Shown here piece by piece: positions 1-7,280 of a stretch of 13,830 nt of DNA. Positions within the stretch are counted from its first letter, which is position 1. Every line of letters starts with the position of its first letter. This DNA comes from Candidatus Eiseniibacteriota bacterium (GTDB taxonomy: Bacteria; Eisenbacteria; RBG-16-71-46; DASYSL01): contig JBKJJJ010000051.1 in NCBI GenBank assembly GCA_046598045.1, positions 1-13,830 of the forward strand. The letters run 5' to 3'. Made by a program: the position numbers and the translations under genes. Under the pieces are notes generated by a model that ran no database searches, was not told the DNA's origin, and was given only the letters and a program-made list of their open reading frames with translations.

Positions 1-1869
1 GGCAAGCAGGCACGGCCGCTGATCGAGGCCGCAGGCCTCGCCGCCGGCGGCGCGCCACTCGCCGAGGCGGTCACGAAGTTCGACGACCTCGCACTGCGCG
101 CGCCCGGCACGTACCACGACCACGGCTCGTGGGGCGTGGGCCGCGTGACCGCGCTCGAGGCGAACGCGGTGACGGTCGACTTCCCCAAGCGCGCGGGCCA
201 GAAGATGACGCTCGCCGCCGCGAAGTCCGCACTCGCGCCGCTCCTTTCCGACGACCCGCGCGTGCTCGCGGCATGGGAGCCGGCCGAGCTCGAGCGCGTG
301 CGCAAGGAGGACCCGGTCCGCCTCGTCGTCTCCGTGCTCAAGGCGCTCAAGCGCGAGGCCACCGCGACCGAGATCAAGAAGCTGCTGCTGGCCTGGGGCT
401 CGGTCCCGAGCGCGGGCTGGACCTCGTTCTGGAATACCGCGAAGAAGCGTCTCGCCGAGGACCCGCGCATCGACGCCTCGCACGCGTTCGAGCAGCGCTA
501 TGCGATCGGCCGCGAGGGCCAGGCGGTGCGCCTGCCCGGCTTCCCCCGCCACGAGCCGCCGCGCAAGGCGTTCGCGCTGCTGCGCCGCCTGCTCGGGCAA
601 CACCCGGGCGCGAAGGCCGAGCTCAGGCGCACGTGGAGCGAAGGCCTGCTGCGCTGGGCCGACGACGAACGCCTGATCGATTCCGAACGCGTGGCCGCGC
701 TGGCGTGGTCGGCCGAGCTCGCCGACGATCCGGGCGAGCTCGACGGCCGCGGCGTCGTGCTGCTGGCCGAGGCGTTCACGCGCGACTTCGACTTCGGGAG
801 CCTCGCGAGCACGCTCGAGCAGCGCCGCGCGCTCGACTGGTCGTTGCGCGGCCCATCGTGGGAGGAGGCCGCGAGATCGGCGTTGTCGTCGCGCCTCAAC
901 GACCTGCGCGAGGCCGCATTCGCCGCGATCGACGAGCGCCACGGCGCGGATGCGCCCACGTTCTGGCAGGCGCTGTGGGTCGACGCCCCCAACTGGCCGA
1001 ACGCGACCGTCGCCTCGCTCGAGCATGCCGACCCGGCGAAGAAGCCGGTCGACTCGCTCGCCGCGGTCGACCCGTGGTACGGCGTGCGTGGGCTGGTCAA
1101 CCTGCTCGAGACCACGCCCGAGGAGCCACTTGCCACGCGCGTGACGAACCTTCTGGCCGACGACAGCTGGCTCGTGGCCGCCTGCCGCAAGCACAAGGCG
1201 AGCGAGGACCTCGAGACGCTGATCACGCGGCGCTGCCTGACGTGGAAGACCACCGACCGCTTCCTCGAGCCCGTCGTCGAGTTCGCGCGCGCGACCGGCA
1301 TGAAGTCGCTCGTCCAGCGCGTCGCCGAGGCGCGGCAGTCGCGCCTGCGCGGCCGCGGCGGCGCGGGCGACGATGTGGCGCAGGCGTACACCGGCAAGAA
1401 CTACCTCTCGCGCCGCACCTACGAACGCACGAAGACCGAACTCGAGGCGCTCGAGACCGCGCTCAAGAGCACGATCCCGCAGGCGATCCAGAAGGCGCGC
1501 GAGCTCGGCGACCTCAAGGAGAACGCCGAGTACCACTCGGCGAAGCTCAAGCAGTCGCAGGCCGAGGCGCGCGTCGGGTTGCTCGCCGAGCGCCTGCGCG
1601 AGGTCACGCTGATCGATGACCTGCAGCCCGAGGCCGGCGTCGCCGGGCCCGGGACCGAAGTCCTGGTCGAGCTCGACGGCGGCGGCACGCAGAAGGTGTG
1701 GATCCTGGGCGAGGGCGACGGGGACTTCGGCAGCGAGGTGGTGAGCTACCGCGCCGCGGTCGGCAAGGCGCTGCTCGGCCGCAAGGAGGGCGAGCGCGTC
1801 CTCTGGGCGGCGGACGGCCGCGACGTCGCGGGCACGATTCGTTCGGTCAAGAACCGCCCGCCGGCCTGA
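1..1869 (+). CDS. greA: Long-form GreA/GreB-family transcription elongation factor with large N-terminal extension (5'-partial; frame is open from base 1)
   Basis: The C-terminal ~160 aa is a Gre factor: YLSRRTYERTKTELEAL...IPQAIQKARELGDLKENAEYHSAKLKQ (catalytic D/E of the GDLxENAEY loop intact), followed by WILGEGDGD...VVSYRAAVGKALLGRKEGERV. Frame 1 has no stop from base 1 (GKQARPLIEAAG...GTYHDHGSWGVGRV...VDF), so the GTG at 136 is not the true start. Confidence 0.88.
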   Translation, partial: GKQARPLIEAAGLAAGGAPLAEAVTKFDDLALRAPGTYHDHGSWGVGRVTALEANAVTVDFPKRAGQKMTLAAAKSALAPLLSDDPRVLAAWEPAELERVRKEDPVRLVVSVLKALKREATATEIKKLLLAWGSVPSAGWTSFWNTAKKRLAEDPRIDASHAFEQRYAIGREGQAVRLPGFPRHEPPRKAFALLRRLLGQHPGAKAELRRTWSEGLLRWADDERLIDSERVAALAWSAELADDPGELDGRGVVLLAEAFTRDFDFGSLASTLEQRRALDWSLRGPSWEEAARSALSSRLNDLREAAFAAIDERHGADAPTFWQALWVDAPNWPNATVASLEHADPAKKPVDSLAAVDPWYGVRGLVNLLETTPEEPLATRVTNLLADDSWLVAACRKHKASEDLETLITRRCLTWKTTDRFLEPVVEFARATGMKSLVQRVAEARQSRLRGRGGAGDDVAQAYTGKNYLSRRTYERTKTELEALETALKSTIPQAIQKARELGDLKENAEYHSAKLKQSQAEARVGLLAERLREVTLIDDLQPEAGVAGPGTEVLVELDGGGTQKVWILGEGDGDFGSEVVSYRAAVGKALLGRKEGERVLWAADGRDVAGTIRSVKNRPPA

Positions 1870-1886
1870 GCCCGCCCCGACGGGTG

Positions 1887-1892
1887 TATGCT
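1887..1892 (+). promoter_or_regulatory. Candidate -10 element (TATGCT) 7 nt upstream of the glk ATG; possible leaderless transcript
   Basis: TATGCT at 1887-1892, then GCGCGAC, then ATG at 1900. No Shine-Dalgarno and no convincing -35. Confidence 0.4.
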
Positions 1893-1899
1893 GCGCGAC

Positions 1900-2892
1900 A
1901 TGATCCTCTCCGGTGACATCGGCGGCACCAAGGCGGAGCTCGCGCTGTTCGAGCGCGACCGCGGCTCGCTGCGCGAGGTCCGCTCCGAGCGCCTCCCGAC
2001 CGACGGCCACGCCAGCCTCGAAGAACTGCTCGACACCTTCCTCAAGGGCGGCCCCCCCTCGCGCGCGATCGCGAGCGCGGCGTTCGGCATCGCCGGCCCC
2101 GTGATCGACAACAAGGTCGTGGGCACGAATCTCCCCTGGACGGTCGAGGCCGCACACGTCGCGAAGGCCATCGGCGTGGCGCGGGTCTCGCTGGTCAACG
2201 ACCTCGAGGCCACGACGCTCGGACTCGGGGCGCTCGAGGCGCACGACCTGGCCACGCTCCAGGCGGGCGTGCCCGATCCGCGCGGAGCGATCGCGGTGCT
2301 CGCAGCGGGCACGGGCCTCGGCGAATCCTTCGCCATGCAAGAGGGCGGGCGCCTCGTGCCGCGCGCGTCCGAGGGCGGCCACGCCGACTTCGCGCCGAAC
2401 TCTGAAGACGAGGTCGACCTGCTGATGTACCTGCGGTCGCGCTTCACCGGCCACGTCTCGTGGGAGCGCGTGCTGTCGGGCCCCGGCCTCGGCAACGTCT
2501 ACGATTTCCTCAAGGACACCGGCCGTGAGAGCGAGCCCGACTGGCTCGCCGACGCGCGCGCCGATGGCGACCCGCACGCCGCGATCGCCGAGGCCGACGG
2601 CAAGGCCGCGATCGCGACGCGCGCGCTCGACCTGTTCGTGTCGATCTACGGCGCCGAGGCGGGCAACCTCGCACTCCAGTACATGGCCACCGGCGGCGTC
2701 TACATCGCCGGCGGCATCGCGCCCAAGATGCGCGCACGCTTCGAGGACGGTCGCTTCCTCGCCGCCTTCCGCTCCAAGGGCCGCCTGTCGTCGCTGCTCG
2801 AACGCACGCCGGTCCGGCTCGTCCTGAACGAACGCACGGCCCTGCTCGGCGCTGCGCTCCTGGCTTCACGCCACGCGGGCCCCGTCACCTGA
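1900..2892 (+). CDS. glk: Glucokinase (Glk family, non-ROK)
   Basis: Motifs [68 protein letters not shown] and F..KGR. ATG 1900 matches the usual N-terminus; ATG 1888 is an alternative start. Confidence 0.95.
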   Translation: MILSGDIGGTKAELALFERDRGSLREVRSERLPTDGHASLEELLDTFLKGGPPSRAIASAAFGIAGPVIDNKVVGTNLPWTVEAAHVAKAIGVARVSLVNDLEATTLGLGALEAHDLATLQAGVPDPRGAIAVLAAGTGLGESFAMQEGGRLVPRASEGGHADFAPNSEDEVDLLMYLRSRFTGHVSWERVLSGPGLGNVYDFLKDTGRESEPDWLADARADGDPHAAIAEADGKAAIATRALDLFVSIYGAEAGNLALQYMATGGVYIAGGIAPKMRARFEDGRFLAAFRSKGRLSSLLERTPVRLVLNERTALLGAALLASRHAGPVT

Positions 2893-2914
2893 CCTCCCGA
2901 AAGGACGCACCCCG

Positions 2915-4927
2915 ATGAGCGCCACCCGCGCCGGTTCGGACCTGACCACGCTCTCGGTCAACACGCTCAAGATGCTCGCCGTGGACGCGGTCGAGGCGGC
3001 ACAGTCGGGCCACCCCGGGTCCCCCATGGGGCAGGCCGACATGGCCTACGTGCTGTGGACGAAATTCCTGCGGCACTGGCCGGCCGACCCGGCGTGGCCG
3101 GGCCGCGACCGCTTCGTGCTCTCGGCGGGCCACGGCTCGATGCTGCTCTACGGCCTCCTCCACCTCACGGGCTACGACCTCGCGCTCGAGGACTTGAAGC
3201 AGTTCCGCCAGTGGGGCTCGAAGACGCCGGGCCACCCTGAGGTCGGCCACACGGCCGGCGTCGAGACCACGACCGGGCCGCTCGGCCAGGGCGTCGGCAA
3301 CGCGATCGGCCTCGCCCTCGCCGCGAAGATGGCCGCCGCGCGCTACGACACGCCCGCCGCGAGCATCGTGACCGGCCGCGTGTTCGGCATCTGCTCGGAC
3401 GGCGACCTGATGGAAGGGGTTGCGTCCGAGGCCGCGTCGCTGGCCGGCCATCTCGGGCTCGGCAACATGACGCTCCTTTACGACGACAACCACATCACGA
3501 TCGAGGGCGACACCGCGCTCGCGTTCACCGAGGACGTCGCCGCGCGCTTCGCCGCGTATCACTGGCACGTGCAGCGGATCGACGGCCACGACCATGCCGC
3601 GATCGAGGCCGCCCTGCACGCCGCCATCGCAGAGACCGGCCGCCCGTCGCTCATCCTCGCCCGCACGCACATCGCGAACGGCGCGCCCCACGCGCACGAT
3701 ACCGCCGAGGCGCACGGCGCCCCACTCGGAGCCGACGAGGTGAGGGCCACGAAGGAGGCGCTCGGCTGGCCGCTCACGCCGACGTTCTTCGTGCCCGAGG
3801 AGGCACGCGCACACTGGCTCGAGTCGGCCGCGCGCAATCGCCCGGCGTACGAGGCCTGGCAGGCGACGTTTGCGGCGTGGCGCGCCGCGAACCCGGCGCT
3901 CGCGTCCGCCTGGGACGACGCGACGCTGCGCCGCCTGCCCGAGGATCTCGAAGCCCGGCTGCTGGCGTCCGTCGACGGCGTGGTCGACGCGACGCGCGTG
4001 CTGGGCTCGAAGGTGCTGCAGGAGGCCGCGAAGCTCGTCCCCTGCCTGGTCGGCGGCTCGGCCGACCTCGACCCCTCGACCAAGACCTCGATCAAGGGCG
4101 CGGGCTCGGTGGAACGCGGCTCGTACGCCGGGCGCGTGTTCCACTTCGGCATCCGCGAGCATGGCATGGGTTCGATCATGAACGGCATCACGCTCGACGG
4201 GCGCTTCATCCCGATGGGCTCGACGTTCCTGATCTTCTCGGAGTACATGCGGCCACCGATCCGCCTCGCCGCGCTGATGCACAAGCAGGCGGTGTACGTG
4301 TTCACCCACGACTCGATCTTCCTCGGCGAGGACGGCCCGACGCACCAGCCGATCGAGCAACTGTGGTCGTTGCGCCTGATCCCGAACCTCGAGCTCTGGC
4401 GGCCGGCGGACGGGCCGGAGACCGCGATCGCCTGGGCGGCGGCGCTGCGGCGCACGCACGGGCCGACGGCGCTCGCGCTCTCGCGGCAGAAGCTGCCCCT
4501 CCTCCCCCGCCCTGCGGGCGTGGATGCCGCCGCGATCGCGCGCGGCGGGTATGTCGTCGTACCTGCCCCGGGGCAGGTTGTGACCTTGCTCGCGACCGGG
4601 TCGGAGGTGGGACTGGCTTTGGAGTCCGCGCGCCTGCTGACGGCAGCCGGGCATCCGGCGCGCGTGGTCTCGATGCCGTGCGTGGAGCGGTTCCTCGCGC
4701 AGGATGCGGCGTGGCGGGACTCTGTGCTCGCGCCGGGCTCGGCCATCGTGACGATCGAGGCCGGGCGGACGGCCGCGTGGGGCGCGGTCACCGACGAGCG
4801 GCGGGCGCTGCACCTGGGGATCGACCACTACGGCGCGTCGGCGCCGGCGGCGGAACTCGCGAAGCACTTCGGGTTCACGGCGGAGAGCGTGGTGGAACGG
4901 GTGACCGCATGGCTCGCGAGCTCCTGA
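2915..4927 (+). CDS. tkt: Transketolase
   Basis: 670 aa. Motifs [44 protein letters not shown]-binding SDGDLMEG...[38 protein letters not shown] and RVVSMP. SD-like AAAGGA upstream. Confidence 0.97.
   Translation: MSATRAGSDLTTLSVNTLKMLAVDAVEAAQSGHPGSPMGQADMAYVLWTKFLRHWPADPAWPGRDRFVLSAGHGSMLLYGLLHLTGYDLALEDLKQFRQWGSKTPGHPEVGHTAGVETTTGPLGQGVGNAIGLALAAKMAAARYDTPAASIVTGRVFGICSDGDLMEGVASEAASLAGHLGLGNMTLLYDDNHITIEGDTALAFTEDVAARFAAYHWHVQRIDGHDHAAIEAALHAAIAETGRPSLILARTHIANGAPHAHDTAEAHGAPLGADEVRATKEALGWPLTPTFFVPEEARAHWLESAARNRPAYEAWQATFAAWRAANPALASAWDDATLRRLPEDLEARLLASVDGVVDATRVLGSKVLQEAAKLVPCLVGGSADLDPSTKTSIKGAGSVERGSYAGRVFHFGIREHGMGSIMNGITLDGRFIPMGSTFLIFSEYMRPPIRLAALMHKQAVYVFTHDSIFLGEDGPTHQPIEQLWSLRLIPNLELWRPADGPETAIAWAAALRRTHGPTALALSRQKLPLLPRPAGVDAAAIARGGYVVVPAPGQVVTLLATGSEVGLALESARLLTAAGHPARVVSMPCVERFLAQDAAWRDSVLAPGSAIVTIEAGRTAAWGAVTDERRALHLGIDHYGASAPAAELAKHFGFTAESVVERVTAWLASS
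4561..4580. repeat. Copy 1 of a palindromic repeat (ACCTGCCCCGGGGCAGGTTG), inside tkt
   Basis: 20-bp exact match to 4951-4970; the core 4561-4578 is a perfect 18-bp palindrome. Confidence 0.85.
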
Positions 4928-5796
4928 ACTTGCGCCGGCGCAAGTGCGCAACCTGCCCCGGGGCAGGTTGGTGGTTCGCGCTCGGCCTCGGACTCGTAGT
5001 GCTCAGTGCGCCTGTCCGCGCAGAAACGAAGGTCGCCGAACCCGCGACCCTCTGGCATGCGCTCGCAGCCGGCTCCGGGCCGGGAGCGGATTCGACGACC
5101 GTGGCATTTGCTCTCGAGGAAACGCGGCGCATGGGCCACCGGGCACAGCTCGTCTGGCGCTGCCGCAAGGGGGAACTCGAGGCGATCGTGGTCGCGGACT
5201 CGTTCCTGCTCGCTCCGGGCGTTACGCGTGAGCGACGGCCCGTCATCCTCCGGATCGACGGCAAGGACTGGTTGCCGGGGACATGGACGCTTGCGCCCGA
5301 CACCTGCGCGCTGTTCGCGCCGGACGCCCGAGGACTCGGATCGCTGCTCGTGGCAGCACAGCGTCTCGAACTCCAGCTCCCACCAAACGTGTCAGGCGGC
5401 ACCGCGAAGCGGATGCTGTTCATGGTCAGCGGGTTCGACGAGGTGTGGCGGACCCTGAACGCCCGGTGCACGGGGCCAGGCCACGCCGTCGTTGCGCCAG
5501 CACCCGAACAGCAAGTCTTGGAACCGCCCGACGGCTACCCGCCGGAGGCGATTTCCAAGGTCCCGCCAGCCTACCCGGCCGAGGCCCGGGAGCAGAACGT
5601 CCAGGGCACCGTCGTCGTGCAGGTCTTGATCGACGAGCGCGGCCGTGTCATCGACACGAGGATCGTCCAGTCGGTGCCCCTGCTCGATGCTGCGGCCGTC
5701 GCCGCCGTCCGACAGTGGCTGTGGAAGCCCGCAACCCTCTCCGGTCATCCCGTCGCGGTCTGGCAGGCGGTGCCGGTCAAGTTCTCGATCCACTAG
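4909..5796 (+). CDS. Exported protein with signal peptide, central TagO/VasI-like domain (tentative) and C-terminal TonB_C domain
   Basis: The C-terminal ~85 aa is a clear TonB C-terminal domain ([57 protein letters not shown]...VPVKF). The N-terminus has a basic region (RRRK), a hydrophobic stretch ([12 protein letters not shown]) and a VRA|ETK signal-peptidase-like site. Start is uncertain: ATG 4909 (GGTGA upstream, overlaps the tkt end) or TTG 4930. The upstream part of ORF 3877..5796 is a shadow of tkt. Confidence 0.8.
   Translation: MARELLNLRRRKCATCPGAGWWFALGLGLVVLSAPVRAETKVAEPATLWHALAAGSGPGADSTTVAFALEETRRMGHRAQLVWRCRKGELEAIVVADSFLLAPGVTRERRPVILRIDGKDWLPGTWTLAPDTCALFAPDARGLGSLLVAAQRLELQLPPNVSGGTAKRMLFMVSGFDEVWRTLNARCTGPGHAVVAPAPEQQVLEPPDGYPPEAISKVPPAYPAEAREQNVQGTVVVQVLIDERGRVIDTRIVQSVPLLDAAAVAAVRQWLWKPATLSGHPVAVWQAVPVKFSIH
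4949..4970. repeat. Copy 2: perfect 22-bp palindrome CAACCTGCCCCGGGGCAGGTTG
   Basis: CAACCTGCCCC and GGGGCAGGTTG are exact reverse complements with no spacer. It starts 22 nt after the tkt stop, within the signal-peptide region of the next gene. Confidence 0.85.
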
Positions 5797-5845
5797 CGAG
5801 CGATCGACGCCGGCGGCCCGTCATGCCCAGGGCGACCGGGTCCCG

Positions 5846-6406
5846 CTACACCCGCGCGATCACCACCACCGAGTACCCCACCGCCTTCGCTCTACCCGGG
5901 TTCGCGTAGCTGTGCTTCTGGTCGCCGCGGAACGCGACCACGTCGCCGGCATCGAGCACCCAGCGCTCCCCGGCCGCGACCAGCTCGATCCTGCCCTCCT
6001 CGCACATCAGGTACTCGCGCGTGCCCGGCGTGTGCGGGATGCCGGTCATGCGGGCGCCCGGCTTGAACTCCATGCGGTCGATCTCCATGCCGGGAATGGG
6101 ATCGGGCAGCAGCTTGCGCACGCGCACCCCGATGCCGCGCTCGCGCTCGGGCAGCGAGCCCGCGGGGTAACGCTCGCACGCGGCGCGCGGGTTCGCGATC
6201 AGCTCCTCGAGCGGGACCTGGAGCGCGGTCGCGACGCGGTGGAGCACGGCGAGCGTCGGGTTCGCGGCGCCGGACTCGAGGTTCCCCCACGTGGCGCGGG
6301 GCACGCCCGCGAGCTTCGCGATCTGTTCCTGCGTCAGGCCGCGCGCTTCGCGCAACTGGACAAGATTGGCGCCGAGGCGCCCGGCGAGCAACGCGTCATC
6401 GTTCAT
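5846..6406 (-). CDS. XRE-family HTH transcriptional regulator with C-terminal cupin domain
   Basis: 186 aa from ATG 6406. HTH_XRE region LGANLVQLREARGLTQEQIAKLAGVPRATWGNLESGAANPTLAVLHRVATALQVPLEELI. Cupin region PHTPGTREYLMCEEGRIEL...LDAGDVVAFRGDQKHSYAN. The extension to 6733 in the ORF track overlaps the SDR antisense and is spurious. Confidence 0.93.
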   Translation of the reverse strand: MNDDALLAGRLGANLVQLREARGLTQEQIAKLAGVPRATWGNLESGAANPTLAVLHRVATALQVPLEELIANPRAACERYPAGSLPERERGIGVRVRKLLPDPIPGMEIDRMEFKPGARMTGIPHTPGTREYLMCEEGRIELVAAGERWVLDAGDVVAFRGDQKHSYANPGRAKAVGYSVVVIARV

Positions 6407-6441
6407 GCCACGACGGTAGCATTCCGCCAATACGGTAGCAA
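6407..6441 (-). promoter_or_regulatory. Sigma70-type promoter for the XRE-cupin gene (TTGCTA-N17-TACCGT, extended -10), leaderless geometry
   Basis: Minus strand: TTGCTA (6441-6436), 17-nt spacer ending in TGC, TACCGT (6418-6413), 6 nt, then ATG at 6406. No SD. Confidence 0.65.
6413..6440. repeat. 9-bp direct repeat ACGGTAGCA x2 (19-bp period) overlapping the -10 and -35 boxes; candidate operator
   Basis: ACGGTAGCA at 6413-6421 and 6432-6440. Confidence 0.55.
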
Positions 6442-6536
6442 TGACTCCCATTTGTGGGCACGGCGGCGCATCGTATCCCCGTGCGCGAGGGCGTGGGGAC
6501 ACGGGTCCCCCGGCCAAGCGCCTTGGGGGGACGACG

Positions 6537-7280
6537 ATGAACTGGCAAGACAAGGGAGTCCTGATCACCGGCGCGAGCAAGGGCCTCGGACGCGCGCTCG
6601 CGAGCGAACTCGCCGCGCATGGCGCCAGGCTGACGCTGGTTGCCCGCGGGGCCGAGGCGCTGGAGCAGGCGGCGCGGGAGATCCGGGAGCAAGGCGGCGA
6701 GGCCCACGCGCTCGCGTTCGACATCGGGGACAAGAACGCGATCTACCCGCTCGCCGGGGCCGCGCAGGCGCTGCTCGGCCGGGTCGACATCGTGATTCAC
6801 GCCGCGAGCGCGCTCGGCGTCTCCCCGCTCGCCGCGCTGGCGGACACGGACTGCGAGGATCTCGAACGCGCGCTCGCGGTCAACCTGGTCGCGCCGTTCC
6901 GCCTCACGAAGGCCCTGCTCGGGCCCATGGCGCTCGCAGGCGAGGGACTCGTGGTCCACGTGACCTCGGACGCCTCGGTCGAGGCCTACCCGACCTGGGG
7001 CGCGTATGGCGTCTCCAAGGCCGGCCTCGACCACCTGGCGCGCATCTGGGCGGCCGAGATGTCGCCGTTCGGGGTGCGCTTCCTCTCGGTCGACCCGGGC
7101 GACATGGACACCGACCTCCACGCCGAAGCCGTCCCGGACGCCGACCGCTCGGAGTTGCAGGACCCGACCGAGGTCGCGCGGCGGTTCGTGCGCTTGATCG
7201 AGCGTTCCCAAGACTGGCCCAGCGGCGCACGCCTCAAGCTGGCGGACGCCGTTCCTGCGACGGCGCAGATCGCGAAGTGA
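6537..7280 (+). CDS. Short-chain dehydrogenase/reductase (classical SDR, NAD(P)-dependent)
   Basis: 247 aa from ATG 6537, with a G-rich SD-like tract at 6525-6531. Motifs TGASKGLG (TGxxxGxG), catalytic Ser (VTSDA), YGVSK (YxxxK) and DPGDMDT. In-frame ATG 6441 is a less likely start. Confidence 0.93.
   Translation: MNWQDKGVLITGASKGLGRALASELAAHGARLTLVARGAEALEQAAREIREQGGEAHALAFDIGDKNAIYPLAGAAQALLGRVDIVIHAASALGVSPLAALADTDCEDLERALAVNLVAPFRLTKALLGPMALAGEGLVVHVTSDASVEAYPTWGAYGVSKAGLDHLARIWAAEMSPFGVRFLSVDPGDMDTDLHAEAVPDADRSELQDPTEVARRFVRLIERSQDWPSGARLKLADAVPATAQIAK

Noticed and set aside
3390..3420. SDG in place of GDG in the transketolase TPP-binding motif
   Set aside because: A common natural variant in bacterial transketolases; not evidence of inactivation.
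3877..4908. Long N-terminal extension of the TonB_C protein, or a tkt-TonB fusion
   Set aside because: This is a shadow frame of tkt. tkt has an intact C-terminus and stop at 4927.
2885..4951. 688-aa antisense ORF, and other long alternative-frame ORFs (129..1619, 498..1397, 3559..4791, 6986..8428, 8912..10075, 11288..12388)
   Set aside because: Arg/Pro/Ala-rich shadows of well-supported genes, expected from stop-codon scarcity at high GC; no recognisable motifs.
4949..4976. 22-bp palindrome as the tkt rho-independent terminator
   Set aside because: No proper U-tract follows, it lies in the next gene's coding region, and a near-identical copy sits inside tkt itself; kept as a repeat instead.
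5797..5845. Bidirectional terminator between the convergent TonB_C and XRE genes
   Set aside because: Only an imperfect GC stem, without flanking T/A tracts.
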